Shown here piece after piece: positions 14,101 through 25,831 of a stretch of 64,000 bases of DNA. The stretch is from the human T2T-CHM13v2.0 reference genome, Homo sapiens: the NCBI RefSeq assembly GCF_009914755.1, contig NC_060929.1; one strand, 5' to 3'. The position numbers and the translations under genes were made by a program. Positions within the stretch are counted from its first letter, which is position 1. Every line of letters begins with the position of its first letter. Under the pieces are notes generated by a model. That model had not been told where the DNA came from, did not search any database, and saw only the letters and a program-made list of their open reading frames with translations.

Positions 14101-15089
14101 AAAGAAAAGAGTATTTCTGTTCTAGAGATCCAGTGTTAATAAGCAGTACGAATAAAAGAATCACACTTCAATACATCCTGGTTAGATTTGAACAGCAGTA
14201 ATAAACAGGAAATTCCAAAAGCTCTCATGGTCAAATCTAGGACTGTGAGACATAAATTTCAAAACAGCTTTCTTTTAGACGGCACTTAAAACCATAGGTC
14301 TGGATGAGATCATATAGAGCTATTGTAGAGAAAGAGAAAAGAGCAGGGTCTGTATTTAAGCTCGGGGAAACTCCAAAATTCAGAAGTTGAAGACTAAAAA
14401 CTACACAATAAAAATCATATTTAAAAAGTTACCCAAGAAAACTGATAATGTAGAAAGTAAAACAAAAAGTATATATTTAGATCGTGTATATATAATACAT
14501 AGATGCATAATAAATTAACAAAGTTAAATTTGACTTTTTTGAGAAGATAAAAAAAAAGACCCCGAATATAATAAAAAAAGAAAGAAAAATAAAATAATTT
14601 TTATCAACCCAGATCATATAGATGTTAAGCAGATAATAAGATTACATTAGGAACAACTTATGCCGAAAAGTTAAGACAACTTTTTTTATATGAGATCCAT
14701 AGATTCCTTGAAAAAACAAAACTCATCACAAGTGACATATGATGAAACAAAATGTAACTAGCCCCACAGAGCTCAAAAATTGAATTAATTATCAACAAAT
14801 TTCCTTTAAGAAAACACCCAACCCAAATGGCTTAGTGCTGAATTCTACCAAATATTAAAGGAAAAATGGTACTAATTATTCATAAAGTTTTTCAGAAACT
14901 AAAAACAGAAATAATACTTCCTAACTCATTTCATATAGGACCAGTATAGGCATAAAAACCAAACCTGTTGAAAATGTTCAAACAAGAAAAGAAGCAAGCA
15001 AGCAAACAAATATCCCTCATGAATACAGATGCAAAAAAGCCTTCTCAAAATATTAACTGAGTCTATTAAGCAATATAGAAAATAATACT

Positions 15090-15355
15090 TGAATGATGTA
15101 TATTCCTTTAGAGCTAAATGGTGAGAACACATGACATATAGAGGGGAACAGCACACACTGGGGCTTTTGGAGGGTGGAGGAAAGGAGGAGGAAGATCAAG
15201 AACAATAACTAATGGGTACTAGGCTAAATACCTGGGTGATGAAATAATCTGTACAACAAACACCCATGACACACGTTTACCTATGTAACAAACCTGCACT
15301 TGCACCCCTGAGTTTAAAAGTTAAAAAAAGAAAAAAGAAAGAAAAAGAAAAAAAA
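15090..15355 (+). mobile_element. 5'-truncated L1PA (PA11-13-like) 3' UTR with poly(A)
   Basis: gagctaaatggtgagaacaca...aataactaatgggtactaggct...tacctatgtaacaaacctgcac plus A-rich tail; imperfect TSD aaataatact/aaaaaatact. Confidence 0.9.
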
Positions 15356-15630
15356 ATACTATACAATAAGCAATTAAAGGTTATCCTAGCCATGAAAGGT
15401 TAGTTTACATTTGAAAAATCAAAGAATGCAGTTAAGAATATTAATAGAATCAATGATAAAAACTATGATCATTTCAAAATATAGTATTTTTTAAATTCAA
15501 CATGAAACTAAGAATATAAAGAAAATTCCTGAACATGATAAAGAGCATCTATGAAAATAAAAGTAATGAAAACTAGTATCACGCTTAGTGGTGAAAAACT
15601 GAATGCTTTCCCAATACGATAGATCAAAGA

Positions 15631-16155
15631 TGTTCCAAGTTTGAACATTTAAAAAAATACAAAAAAATCTTCACAGAGCATACTCACATGAGGGTTTTAT
15701 TTCGAGGTAATGGCTAGGGTATGGCAAAAAAAAAAAAAACAAAACAAAAAAAACAAAAAAACAAGAGTACAAGCAACATTGTGCATTTGAGAGATATCCA
15801 GGCACAGTCCCCCTGGGTGATTCTTATTTGTACATGGACACAGAAAGCTCTGTCTCCAGGTTGAACCCCCAATATTTGAATGAAGACCTTAGCTAGTGGA
15901 AGTTCCCCTCTGTCCCTCTGGTTATATAGCCATACAAGTCTGTATAACCAGTTATGTCAGGTGAAAGCCATCAAAAATAAAACTGGCCCTGGAGTTACCA
16001 GCAGTATTTTAAAATTTAACTGCATATCACAACTTTCATAGCCCTCAACTTGGTCAACAGTTAAAACCAGACATACATGTATTCCCAGAGATATGCCTGG
16101 ATCTCTCCCGGTCCATCTGTAAAATGATAGTATCCTCCATAGTTAGAAGGTAAGT
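15631..16155. mobile_element. Probable LTR (MER21/MER77/MER68-like) inserted into L1M
   Basis: A non-L1 block of about 520 bp splits the L1 ORF2 sequence between aaagatgt and gtccattctcaccac. Family assignment is weak. Confidence 0.4.
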
Positions 16156-16274
16156 GTGTCCATTCTCACCACATCTGTGCCACATTAAGAGATCCTAGTC
16201 ATTATAAAGAGTCAACGAAGAAAAATAAAAGGCATGAAATTTAAAAAGAAAGAAAAGTCCCTTCTTTACAGATG

Positions 16275-16466
16275 GAAGATTTAATGGTAGATTCCTTACT
16301 AGCAGTTTAATGGTAGATTCCTTACTATTCATATGTATACAGATTATTGTAACTTGTTCCTAGGTATACAGATTACTGTAACCTGTTCCAGTGTATACAG
16401 ATCACTGTTACTATGTATACAGATGACTGTATACATAGGAATAGTAAGGAATCTACCATTAAACTT
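16275..16466. repeat. Nested inverted repeat with internal tandem units
   Basis: 16304-16342 is the reverse complement of 16427-16465 (38/39). A perfect 12-bp hairpin lies at 16411-16438, and four gtatacagat-initiated units run from the end of the left arm through the spacer. Confidence 0.92.
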
Positions 16467-16584
16467 CTAGAAGTAGCAAGTGAATTCAGCAAGGTCAATA
16501 GATACAAGCTAATATACAAAAATCAATTGTGTTTGTATGTACTAGGAGCAAACAATTAGACAATTTAAATGCAAAGAGAGAGGA

Positions 16585-16740
16585 TATTAAAGGTTGTCAC
16601 CACGAGCATAAATATGTGAGGTACTGCATTTGTTAATTAGCTAGATTTAACCATTCTACAATGTATATATAATACAAAACAACATATCATGCACAATAAA
16701 TATATACAATTTTATCTGTTGATGTTTTAAAAACATAAAA
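16585..16740 (+). mobile_element. L1MA (MA6-9-like) 3' terminal fragment
   Basis: tatgtgaggtactgcatttgttaattagctagatttaaccattctacaatgtata...ataaatatatacaatttt. Confidence 0.75.
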
Positions 16741-17221
16741 ACAATGAGAATATTGTAGTAAAATAAAAATGGCACCAGTTCGATAATATCAACGAAAACT
16801 CAAAATGCATAAAAGTCAATTATACAAACAATATAAAATATTTACATTAAAAATATCTAAATTTTGCTGAGTGAATTTCTTTAAAAAGACACCAAGAATA
16901 AATGGGGAAATATATCATCTACATAGAATATTGTTGGGATATATACCTCACCTTAATTGAGCTAAAGGTTCAGTACAGTTCCAATAATAATTTCTCCTTC
17001 CATAATTTCCAAATCCAAGGATGTTTCCTGGATTTAACAGTGAATGATGTTTTGGATATCTAGTAAATGAGGAGAAATATGAGCATAATCAGATATGTGA
17101 TTCAGGCAGAATTTTTAAATACTCCTTTAGCATTTGCCTCTGGTTCTATAAAAAAATACATAGGGTACTGTTGTCTTTAAATTTAAAAAATCCATCATTT
17201 TTAAAATAAATATTCATTCAT

Positions 17222-17425
17222 CTACTCTGAATCATGTATAATGTCCAAAATAATAGTTAGAATTATTGCTATTACATAAAGTAACAACACTTAAAGCTGA
17301 TATGAGGTCAATAAATATTATGTCACATGATAAAGGAAAAAAAATAAAATGAAGGCATTTTCTTAGTACAAGTAAATATATGCACAGAAATGTTTTTAAC
17401 AAAAGGAATAGGAGATACTCATGAT
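17222..17425 (-). mobile_element. Short ERV-L internal 3' fragment
   Basis: 17268-17425 aligns by eye to 19450-19610 (ctattacataaag...tatgtcacatgataaaggaaaa...ttttcttagtacaag...atactcatga). Confidence 0.85.
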
Positions 17426-17524
17426 GTAGAAGATAAATACTGATACACAGAGCTTACATTCAAGAAGAAAATATGTATATTAATATAGTATCATGAGTTT
17501 CCAAGTGATATTTCCAAATAAAAG

Positions 17525-18620
17525 TAGAGAGAATTCTGTAGGTAGAGTCAACAAGACTTCATAGCTGATCACGTGTAGGAGTGACATGGTAAAAAAGTTA
17601 AGGATTACAATGACTACTTACTTCCTGTTACTCAACTAAATAAAAAGATACCATATATTAAGACGGAAAATGTGTTAGTCAGTTTGGGCTGCTATAAAAA
17701 ACTACCATAGACTAGGTGGCTTAAACAACAAATATTTATTGCTTACAGTCATTATTGTGCCCTCACATTGTGGAGAGTAGAGGGAGAGGAAGCAAGCATT
17801 CTGATGTATTTTCTTTTAAGGGGGTTAGCCCCCATTCATGAGGTCTCCATCTTCATAGCCTAATTATCCCAAAGTTCCCATTTCCAAATATCATTACGCT
17901 GGGAATTAGGCTTCAACCCGGGAATTTTGGAGTAACACAAAACTTTCTGTTCATAACAAGGAAAAATAACATTCCTTGAAAAAAGTATATATATTATATT
18001 GTTATATTATTATATTATATATATTTGAAACATGTAAATTATCAGTGTTATATAAGTTATCCAAATGTATATGCATATTAGGTCAATGGATAAGTCAAGT
18101 CTGTCTGTATCTAAGAAAACTAATCTGGATCGGTGATATAGACTTTGATAATTGAAACTGTGGAAGTACTTAGATAACTTTTGCTAGAGATAAGTTGTAA
18201 AAGGACAAAAATAAAGAGCACAGGATAAATCACAGCAAGGCAACACTTTTAGTTAGATAAGAAAGTCTGGGAAAGTAAAAGACTGGAAGTTGTTGACTGG
18301 TCACAGGCAGAAGGAAAACTACGGCGTGTGATACCCTATTAGCTAAGAAAACCCAAGGATTTGAGAAGTTAAGAGGGTTAGGAGTGTTGAATACTATTGA
18401 GAATTAATGCAAGGTAAGGGATGAAAGGCAAACAAAAGATTCAATAACACTGACGGCAAGATTAGAACAGCTTTGGTGAAGTAATAAAATGAAAGGTGGA
18501 TTAAAATGGATAATGAATTTTAAAAGAAAGGAATTTTGTGTTTTGTGTATAGACTGTCATTTCAAGAAGGTATACACAATGGGAGGAGCGAAAGTAGATT
18601 GCTGGTTTTATACTTGGGAA
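17525..18620 (-). mobile_element. L2 fragments, interrupted by MLT1A
   Basis: gtaggtagagtcaacaagactt, ggagtgttgaatactattgagaatt and tgacggcaagattagaacagctttggtgaagt resemble antisense L2. Confidence 0.55.
17671..17958 (-). mobile_element. MLT1A/A0-like solo LTR, internally deleted
   Basis: tgtgttagtcagtttgggctgctataaaaaactaccatagactaggtggcttaaacaac...ttcataaca. Confidence 0.85.
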
Positions 18621-18705
18621 TTGAGTATTTAAGTCATGGTGAGAACGAACTATTACAAAGGAAGAGTTTGAAAATGCTATAAATAGGGTAAATCATTATG
18701 TTATG

Positions 18706-19295
18706 TGTATTAGTCAGGGTTCTCTAGAGAGAGAAAACTAATAGGATATATAGGTCTATATCCACATAGATCTATACATAGATCTATATCCACGTAGATC
18801 TATACATAGATCTATATCCACGTAGATCTATACATAGATCTATATCCACGTAGATCTATACATAGATCTATATCCACGTAGATCTATATATAGATATGTA
18901 TAAAGGGGAGTTTATTAAGGAGTATTAAAATCACATGATCACGAGATCCCACAGTAGGCTGCCTGCAAGCTGAGGAGTAAGGAAGCTAGTCCAAGTCGCA
19001 AAGCTGAAGAACTTGAAGTCTGATGTTTAAGCACAGGAAGCATCCAGCACAGCACAATGATGTAGCTGGGAGGCTAAGCCAGTCTAGTCTTTTCATGTTC
19101 TTCTTCCTGCTTTATATTCTGGCCATGCTGGCAGCTGATTAGATTGTGCCCACTTGGATTAAAGGTGGGTCTGCCTTTCCCAGATCACTGACTGAAATGT
19201 TAATCTCCTTTGGCAACACTCTCACAGACACACCCAGGATCAATACTTTGCATCCTTCCATCCAATCAAGTTGACACTCAGTATTAACCATCACA
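18706..19295 (-). mobile_element. MLT2A1 LTR (3' LTR of the HERV-L provirus)
   Basis: The reverse complement begins TGTGATGGTTAATACTGAGTGTCAACTTGATTGG and ends AGAACCCTGACTAATACA, with TG...CA termini, and abuts the HERV-L internal region. Confidence 0.93.
18751..18890. repeat. 28-bp minisatellite, 5 copies
   Basis: Alternating 16-mer tagatctatatccacg and 12-mer tagatctataca; the inner copies are perfect. Confidence 0.97.
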
Positions 19296-19703
19296 AGTCA
19301 ACCCATTGTCAACTCGAACCCATACACTTCTCCTGAGATCATACAGAATGTTCAAATAAAAACAATAATAAAATAATAAGGTCATAATTATGCCTAATAT
19401 ATACAACTATTCTTCCTACAACAGGAAATGCACCAATCCCCAACCCAAATACTATTACATAAAGCTAACAACACTTAAATGCTGATAGAAAGCCAATAAA
19501 TCTTATGTCACATGATAAAGGAAAAGGAAATAAAATGAAGTTATTTTCTTAGTACAAGTGTATACATTCACAAACACGTTTTTAACAAAATGAGGAGGAA
19601 ATACTCATGACAATTACAGTCCTCAGTTCTTCAAATGGTCACGTGGTCATAGCCGGTATTGACTACCACCTGCTTGTACTACCCATTCTGTATTCCCTCT
19701 ACC

Positions 19704-22700
19704 TTAAGCAAGCACCTCAGCAGGTCGTGGCTTTATTCCTGGTAGAGTCACCCAAACCTTCATTCCTGAAGGGTCTGGGCCATTTGTAGTCCTGCCTAGA
19801 TTGGGTTGCTGTAGTTTCTCATTGACCTTTATCACAGGGCATGGTAATATTAAGAGTCGCTCCAAGGGATCTCCTGTATTCCACAATATGCTTCCTTACC
19901 TTCATTGTGGAGTAGTAGACTGATTTCATCTTGATAGTCCAGGCCAATCACACCAGCCAACACAGTAACTCCCTTCTTAGACTGTTGACTTAAAGGTTGG
20001 AGGAGCCCAAAGTGTCCAGATGGCAATCTTAACTTTTAGTTTAATGGAATCATTTTTGTGTCTCCTGGTGGCAGATTCCTCCCTCTGGAACTAAGGCCTC
20101 TAGGCCAGCAGAAGGTAATGTTGCAGGAATAGGAAACAAAAATTTTGCTAGTGGATAACTAGGGGTGATGGTGAGTGGTGCCACTTTCACTTCCACCCCA
20201 TGATTTCTGGACCCATGAATCCTGGCTGTGGGAGAAATGGTACCATACATTGGACACAGATTCAGAGCATACACGGTCTTCTGGAGAACTTTGTCCCAGC
20301 CCTAAAAAGTATTGTCACCTAGTTGGCATTGTAATTGTGACTTCAAAAGGCCATTCCACTGTTCTATAAATCTACTGCTTCAGGATGATGGGGAACATAG
20401 TAAGACCAGTGAATTCCATGAGCCTGAGCCCACTGCTGCCCTTATTTAGCTGTAAAGTGAGTGTCTTGGTCAGAGGCAATGCTGTGTGGAATACCATGAT
20501 GGTGGATAAGGCATTCCATGACTCCACAGATGGTAGTCTTGGCAGAAGCATTGTGTGCAGGATAGGCAAACCCTTATCCAGAGGAAGTGTCTATTCCAGT
20601 GAGCACAAACCTCTGCCCTTTCCATGATGGAAGAGGTCCAATATAATCAACCTTCCTCCAAGTAGCTGGCTGATCACCCTGAGGAATGGTGCCACACTGA
20701 GGGCTCAGTGTTGGTCTCTGCTGCTGACAAACTGGGCACTCAGCAGTAGCTGTAGTGAGGTCAGCTTTGGTGAGTGGAAGTCCATGTTGCTGAGCCCATA
20801 TGTATCCTCTGTCCCTGCCACCATGGCCACTTTGTTAGTGAGCCCATTGTGCCATGACAGGGGTGGCTGGGAAAAGAGGCTGAGTGGTGTCCACAGAACG
20901 GGTGATCCTATCCACATGATTATTACAATTCTCCTCTACTGAGGTCATCCATTGGTGAGCACTCATGTGGGATACAAATATATTCACAGTTTTTGACCAC
21001 TCAGAGAAGTCTATCCACATATCTCTTCCCCAGACTTCTTTGTCACCAATTTTCCAATCATGCTTCTTCCAAATCCCTGACCATCCCTCTAAAGCATTGG
21101 TTACAGCCCATACATTAGTATATAATTGCTCATTTGGCCATTTCTCCTTCCATGCAAAGTGTACAACCACGTGCATTGCTCGAAGTTCTGCCCACTGGGA
21201 AGATTTCCCTTCACCGCTGTCCTTCAGTTTGTCCTAGAAAGGGGCTGTAGTGCTGTCACTGTCCACTTTCAGATGGTGCCTACATATCATGCAGAACCAT
21301 CTGTGAACCAGGCCCTAGTCTTCTCTTCCCGTCAACTGACCATAAGGAACTCCCAGTGAGGCCATTGGTGCAGGCTGGGGGAGAGAAGTCAGGGTGGCAG
21401 GAGTGGAGACTATGGGCATTTGAGCTACTTTTTCATGTAACTTACTTGTGCCTTCAGGACATGTTTAAGCCCGATCATGTATATACCACTTCCATTTGAT
21501 GATGGAATGCTGCTGTATATGACCCACTTTATAGATAGATGGGTCAGAAAGTACCCAGTTCATGAAGGGCAGTTCAGGTCACATGATGACTTGATGATCC
21601 ATAATTAAACATTCAGTTTCCACCAAAGCCCAGTAATAGGCCAAGAGCTGTCTCTCAAAAGAAGAGTAGTTACCTGAAGAAGATGGCAGGGCCTTGCTTC
21701 AAAACCCTAGAAGCTTCCACTGTAATTCACCTGTGGGGACCTGTCAATAGCTCCAAACAGCATCCCTATCTGCCACTGACACCTCAAACACCATTGAATC
21801 TGCTGGGTCATATGGCCCGAGTAGCAGAGCAGCTTGCACAGCAGCTGGAACTGTTGCAGAGCCTTTTCCTGTTCTGGACACCACTCAAAACTGGTAGCCT
21901 TTTGGGTCACTCAATAAATAGGCTGAAGTAGCACACCCAAATGAGGAATGTGTTGCCTCCAAAACCCAAATAGGCCCACTAGGCGTTGTGCCTCTTTCTT
22001 GGTTGTAGGAGTGGCTAAATGCAACAATTTGTTCTTCACCTTAGAAGGAATATCTTGGCAGGCCCCACACCACTGGACCGCTAGAAATTTTACTGAGGTA
22101 GAAGTTTCCTGAATTTTAGTTGGATTTACTTCCCATCCTCTGGCATGCAAATGTCTCACCAAAAAGTCCAGTGTGTTTGCTACTTCTTGCTTACTGGATC
22201 CAATCAGCATAATGTCATCAATATAATGGACCAGTGTGATATCTTGTGGAAGTGAAAAGCAATCAAGAATATGACACAAAGCAGGAGAGTTGATATAACC
22301 CTTAGATAGGACAGTAAAGGGATATTGCTGGCCTTGCCAGCTGAAGGCAAATTGCTCCTGGTGGGCCTTATGGACAGGAATGAAGAAAAGGCATTTGTCA
22401 AATCGATGGCTGCATACCGGGTACCAGGAGATGTGTTAATTTGCCCAAGCAATGAAACCACATCTGGTATAGCAGCTGCAATTGGAATCACCACTTGGTT
22501 AACCTTATGATAATCCACTGTCATTCTCAAAGATCCATCTATCTTCTGCAAGGCCGAATGGGAGAACTGAATGAGGATATGGTAGGAATCACCACTTCTG
22601 CATCTTTCAAGTCCTTGATGGTGGCACTAATCTCTGCAATCCCTCCAAGGTTGTGATATTGGTTTTGATTTACTAATTTTATACGTATCAGTAACTCTAA

Positions 22701-23027
22701 TTGTTTCCATTTGGACTTTCCCACCATAATAGCCCTCACCCTACCACTGAGGAAGCCAATGTGGAGTTTCTGCCAGCTGCTAAGTATGTCTATGCCAATT
22801 ATGCATTCTGGCACTGGTGACATGACCACAGGATGAGTCCAGGAATCCACTGGACCCACTGTAAGTTGGACCTGAGCTAAAACTCCATTAATTATCTGAC
22901 CTCCATGAACCCCTACCTTAACTGGAGGACCACAATAATGTTTTGGGTCCCCTGGAATCAATGTCAGCTCAGAGCCAGTGTACAGTTGTCCCCACAATGT
23001 TTGATAATTTCCCTTTCCCCAGTGCAC
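19704..23027 (-). pseudogene. pol: HERV-L pro/pol/dUTPase, multiply frameshifted
   Basis: ORF pieces: LYTGSELTLIPG (protease, catalytic DTG reads YTG), [10 protein letters not shown]...AAIDLTNAF and YIDD (RT), WKIGDKEVWG...VSHMSAH (RNase H), GLEALVPEGG (start of dUTPase). Confidence 0.9.
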
Positions 23028-23029
23028 AG

Positions 23030-24282
23030 TTACCTTGGTGAAAGACTGGAGGTCTCCTTGGGGATGGTTGGGAGAAAAATTAACGCATAAATTGTCAGTA
23101 GTGTAGTGGGGTCCTTCTCAAGGTGACCAGCCTCCCCTTCATTCAAGGGGTTCTGGGTTTGTAAACTGGCTCAAACCTGGAAATTGATTGAGGGGCTGTG
23201 ATTCTGTTTTTGTAATTCAAATTAGTCTTTTGTCCACTTGATCTGGAAGTTTTCTGTTTATATAAATTAAGTAGGAATGTAGTAGGCTTCCTATCAATTT
23301 CACTTCTAGGAACACTGTAATTAATTAACCAATATCAGATCTCTACATGAGTCAGAGTATTCTGATTGCTGCTTTGCCTCTGCTGTCCATTACAATAGCT
23401 ACACCCAACTTGTCTTTGATGGTTGAGTGCCACCACTTGGCTCCTGCCACCTTGGGATCCAATTATTCACATTGCATTTAAATTTTATTGTTCAGTGACT
23501 GCGGTTCCCACTGTTAGATCTGACATACAGGAAAGACAAATTACAGGACTCTTCCAAGATCCAGGTGCTGTCTTTGCAAATCTGTTTCACAAAGCATTGG
23601 TCACGGGTGTGTCTTCTAGACCCTCCCAGCTGGGATGAGTAAGTCTAAAGTGACTAACCCACTCCACCATCCCAATCTCCCTAAGCCTTTTGATCCCTTC
23701 CCCTACATTAAACCAAGGAAGATCAGGCATTTCCAACTCACTCACAGTGGGCCATATTTTAATCCATATTTCAGCTAACCAAGAAAATAAATTATTAGAA
23801 CCTTTTTTAACTCCCAAGCTGCAACATTAAATTCAGAGTTCCTGCTTAGTGGTCACAAATCAATAGATTTCAGCCTGATCCGACTCTGTGTTCCTTCCAC
23901 CATCATCCCACACCCTTAATATTCAATACCATGCCTGTTCTCCAGGTTTCTGCTTATATAAATTAGAAAACTCATGCAGTTCTTTTTGAGCATAGCAAAC
24001 CTCCTCATGGGTCACACTCTGAACCTCACCTCTAGACGCTTGCCAGGAATTTAGTCTAGTTATACGTCTAGAAGCAAACAAGGGTGTTGAGGGTGGTTTG
24101 TAGGAGAATCACATTATCTTGCAACTGCCTGAGGGGAGGCCATCACTGTTGCCGCAGGCAGCGCAGGGCTTATCTTCTCAAATAAAGTTGGAAAGGCTGA
24201 TGGCAGCATGGGTCAGGGAGGGATGTTGCCACTACTGGGGATGGGGAAGCTGTTTCTTCTATTCACCAGAGTTTACGAGCTC
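23030..24282 (-). pseudogene. gag: HERV-L gag remnant
   Basis: ORF 23587-23817 GVKKGSNNLFSWLAEIWIKIWPTVSELEMPDLPWFNVGEGIKRLREIGM is typical ERV-L Gag. Confidence 0.85.
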
Positions 24283-25135
24283 AAAATGTTTATTTTTGAA
24301 AGCAGAAATAAGCCTTGAATAAGAAAACTAAGATTGTTGACAGTTTTGAAGACATTATTGCTGTTACAGATATTGGTGACAATGATCTGTCTCCTTCTAA
24401 TTATTCTATAAAATTGGTCAGTAATGCAGTTGACAGATTTTGGCATTTTCCATGCTTATGTGACTTCAGATATCAGAAAATAGAAATAAAAGTGTTGTTT
24501 AAGGACAGATTGAATATTAAAGTGATGGACTCTAAGCATACAGGAAACGGGGGAAATAAAGCATAAAGCATAAAGTACAAGAAATAAGGAAGAATGCTAA
24601 CGCATTGAATGCCCTGATATGCACCACAACTGATTCCAGTTCTAGTTAAGTGAAAACAGAGAAACTGTTGATATTCCTCCATTTTTGTTCTTCAAAAAAG
24701 CACTTTCTTTGTATTATTTAAATTTATCTCAGAATGATGAAAGTCCAAGAATATGGTTTGTGCATCTTATGATTCAAGAATGGAGAATGTAACTGCTAAA
24801 TGGATAGAGAATACTGGATGGAATATGCCATACAGATGTGTATATCAGTTATGTTGCCGGTACAATTAAGCAGTAGAAGAAAAAACAGTGAAATATAAGG
24901 CATGGTTTTCACTGAAGGAAATGTTGTTGCTTTGGGTTACAATACAGTGAAGAGGTAAAAGGGAAGGTTCTGATTTAGTGAAAGTTCAGTCAATAAGAAC
25001 AAATAATATTTGATATCTAGAATAAAGTCTGATACATTCTGGTTAATATTTTTTTAAGTTACAGATGCAAACACTAGGTCAAAGGAGGATTTTTGCTTCT
25101 CTGAAGTTACTAACCTATGGAGAGCTGAGTCTATT

Positions 25136-25831
25136 TCTTTTTCTTCTTTTCTACTTTTATTTTAATGTCAGAGAGCACATGTGAAGGTTTGTTACATGGG
25201 TAATGGTGTGTCATTGAGGCTTGAGGAATGAGTGATCCCATCAACAAGGTAGTGAGCATAGTACCTGATAGGTAGCTTTATAACCCATGCTCCCTCTAAA
25301 CCTTCTTCTTAAGCGGTCCCCATTGTCTATTGCTCCCATCTTTGTGCCATGTGTAGTCAATGTTTGGCTCCCACTTATAAGTGAGAGCATGGAGTATTTG
25401 GTTTTTCATTCCTGCAGTAGTTCACTTAGGATAATGGCCTCCAACTGCATCCATGTTACTGCAAAGGATATGTATTCATTCTTTTTTATGAATTGTATTC
25501 CATGGTTTATATGATTTTATTTTACAGTTCTTTGGTGATGGGCATCTTGGTTGATCTTATATCTTTGCTGTTGTGAATAGTGCTGCAATGAACATACAAA
25601 CGCATGTGTCTTTTTGGTAAGATGATTTATTTTTCTTTGGGCATTTTATTTATTTTCCATGGCTTTTTGGTTGACAAGCTTTTTATTATTGATTCAATTT
25701 CAGAAGTTGTTATTGGTCTACTCAGGGTTTTAATTTCTTCCTTGTTCACTCTTGGAAAGCTGTGTGTTTTTAGAAATTTATCCATTTCTTCTAGCTTTTC
25801 TGGTTTGTGTGAATAGAAGTGTTCATAATAG
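25136..25831 (-). mobile_element. L1PA15/16-like fragment with a large internal deletion
   Basis: Poly(T) and antisense 3' UTR (ctcccacttataagtgagagcatg) join near 25645 to an upstream ORF2 block (gaaatttatccatttcttctag). Confidence 0.85.

Larger units (their letters stand above)
14480..17000 (+). mobile_element. Old L1M ORF2 remnant carrying several nested insertions
   Basis: L1 ORF2 motifs (ccaaatggcttagtgctgaattctaccaaatatt, catgaatacagatgcaaaa, aaactgaatgctttccc, atatacaaaaatcaattg) run collinearly across the interruptions. Confidence 0.8.
19296..24282 (-). mobile_element. HERV-L internal region (gag-pro-pol-dUTPase), 5' truncated, no 5' LTR
   Basis: Collinear decayed gag, protease, RT (HYIDDIML), RNase H, integrase and dUTPase frames. 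Similarity stops abruptly near 24282. Confidence 0.95.

Noticed and set aside
18751-18890. CRISPR-like array
   Set aside because: The units are contiguous tandem repeats with no unique spacers, in a primate LTR context, and there are no cas genes.
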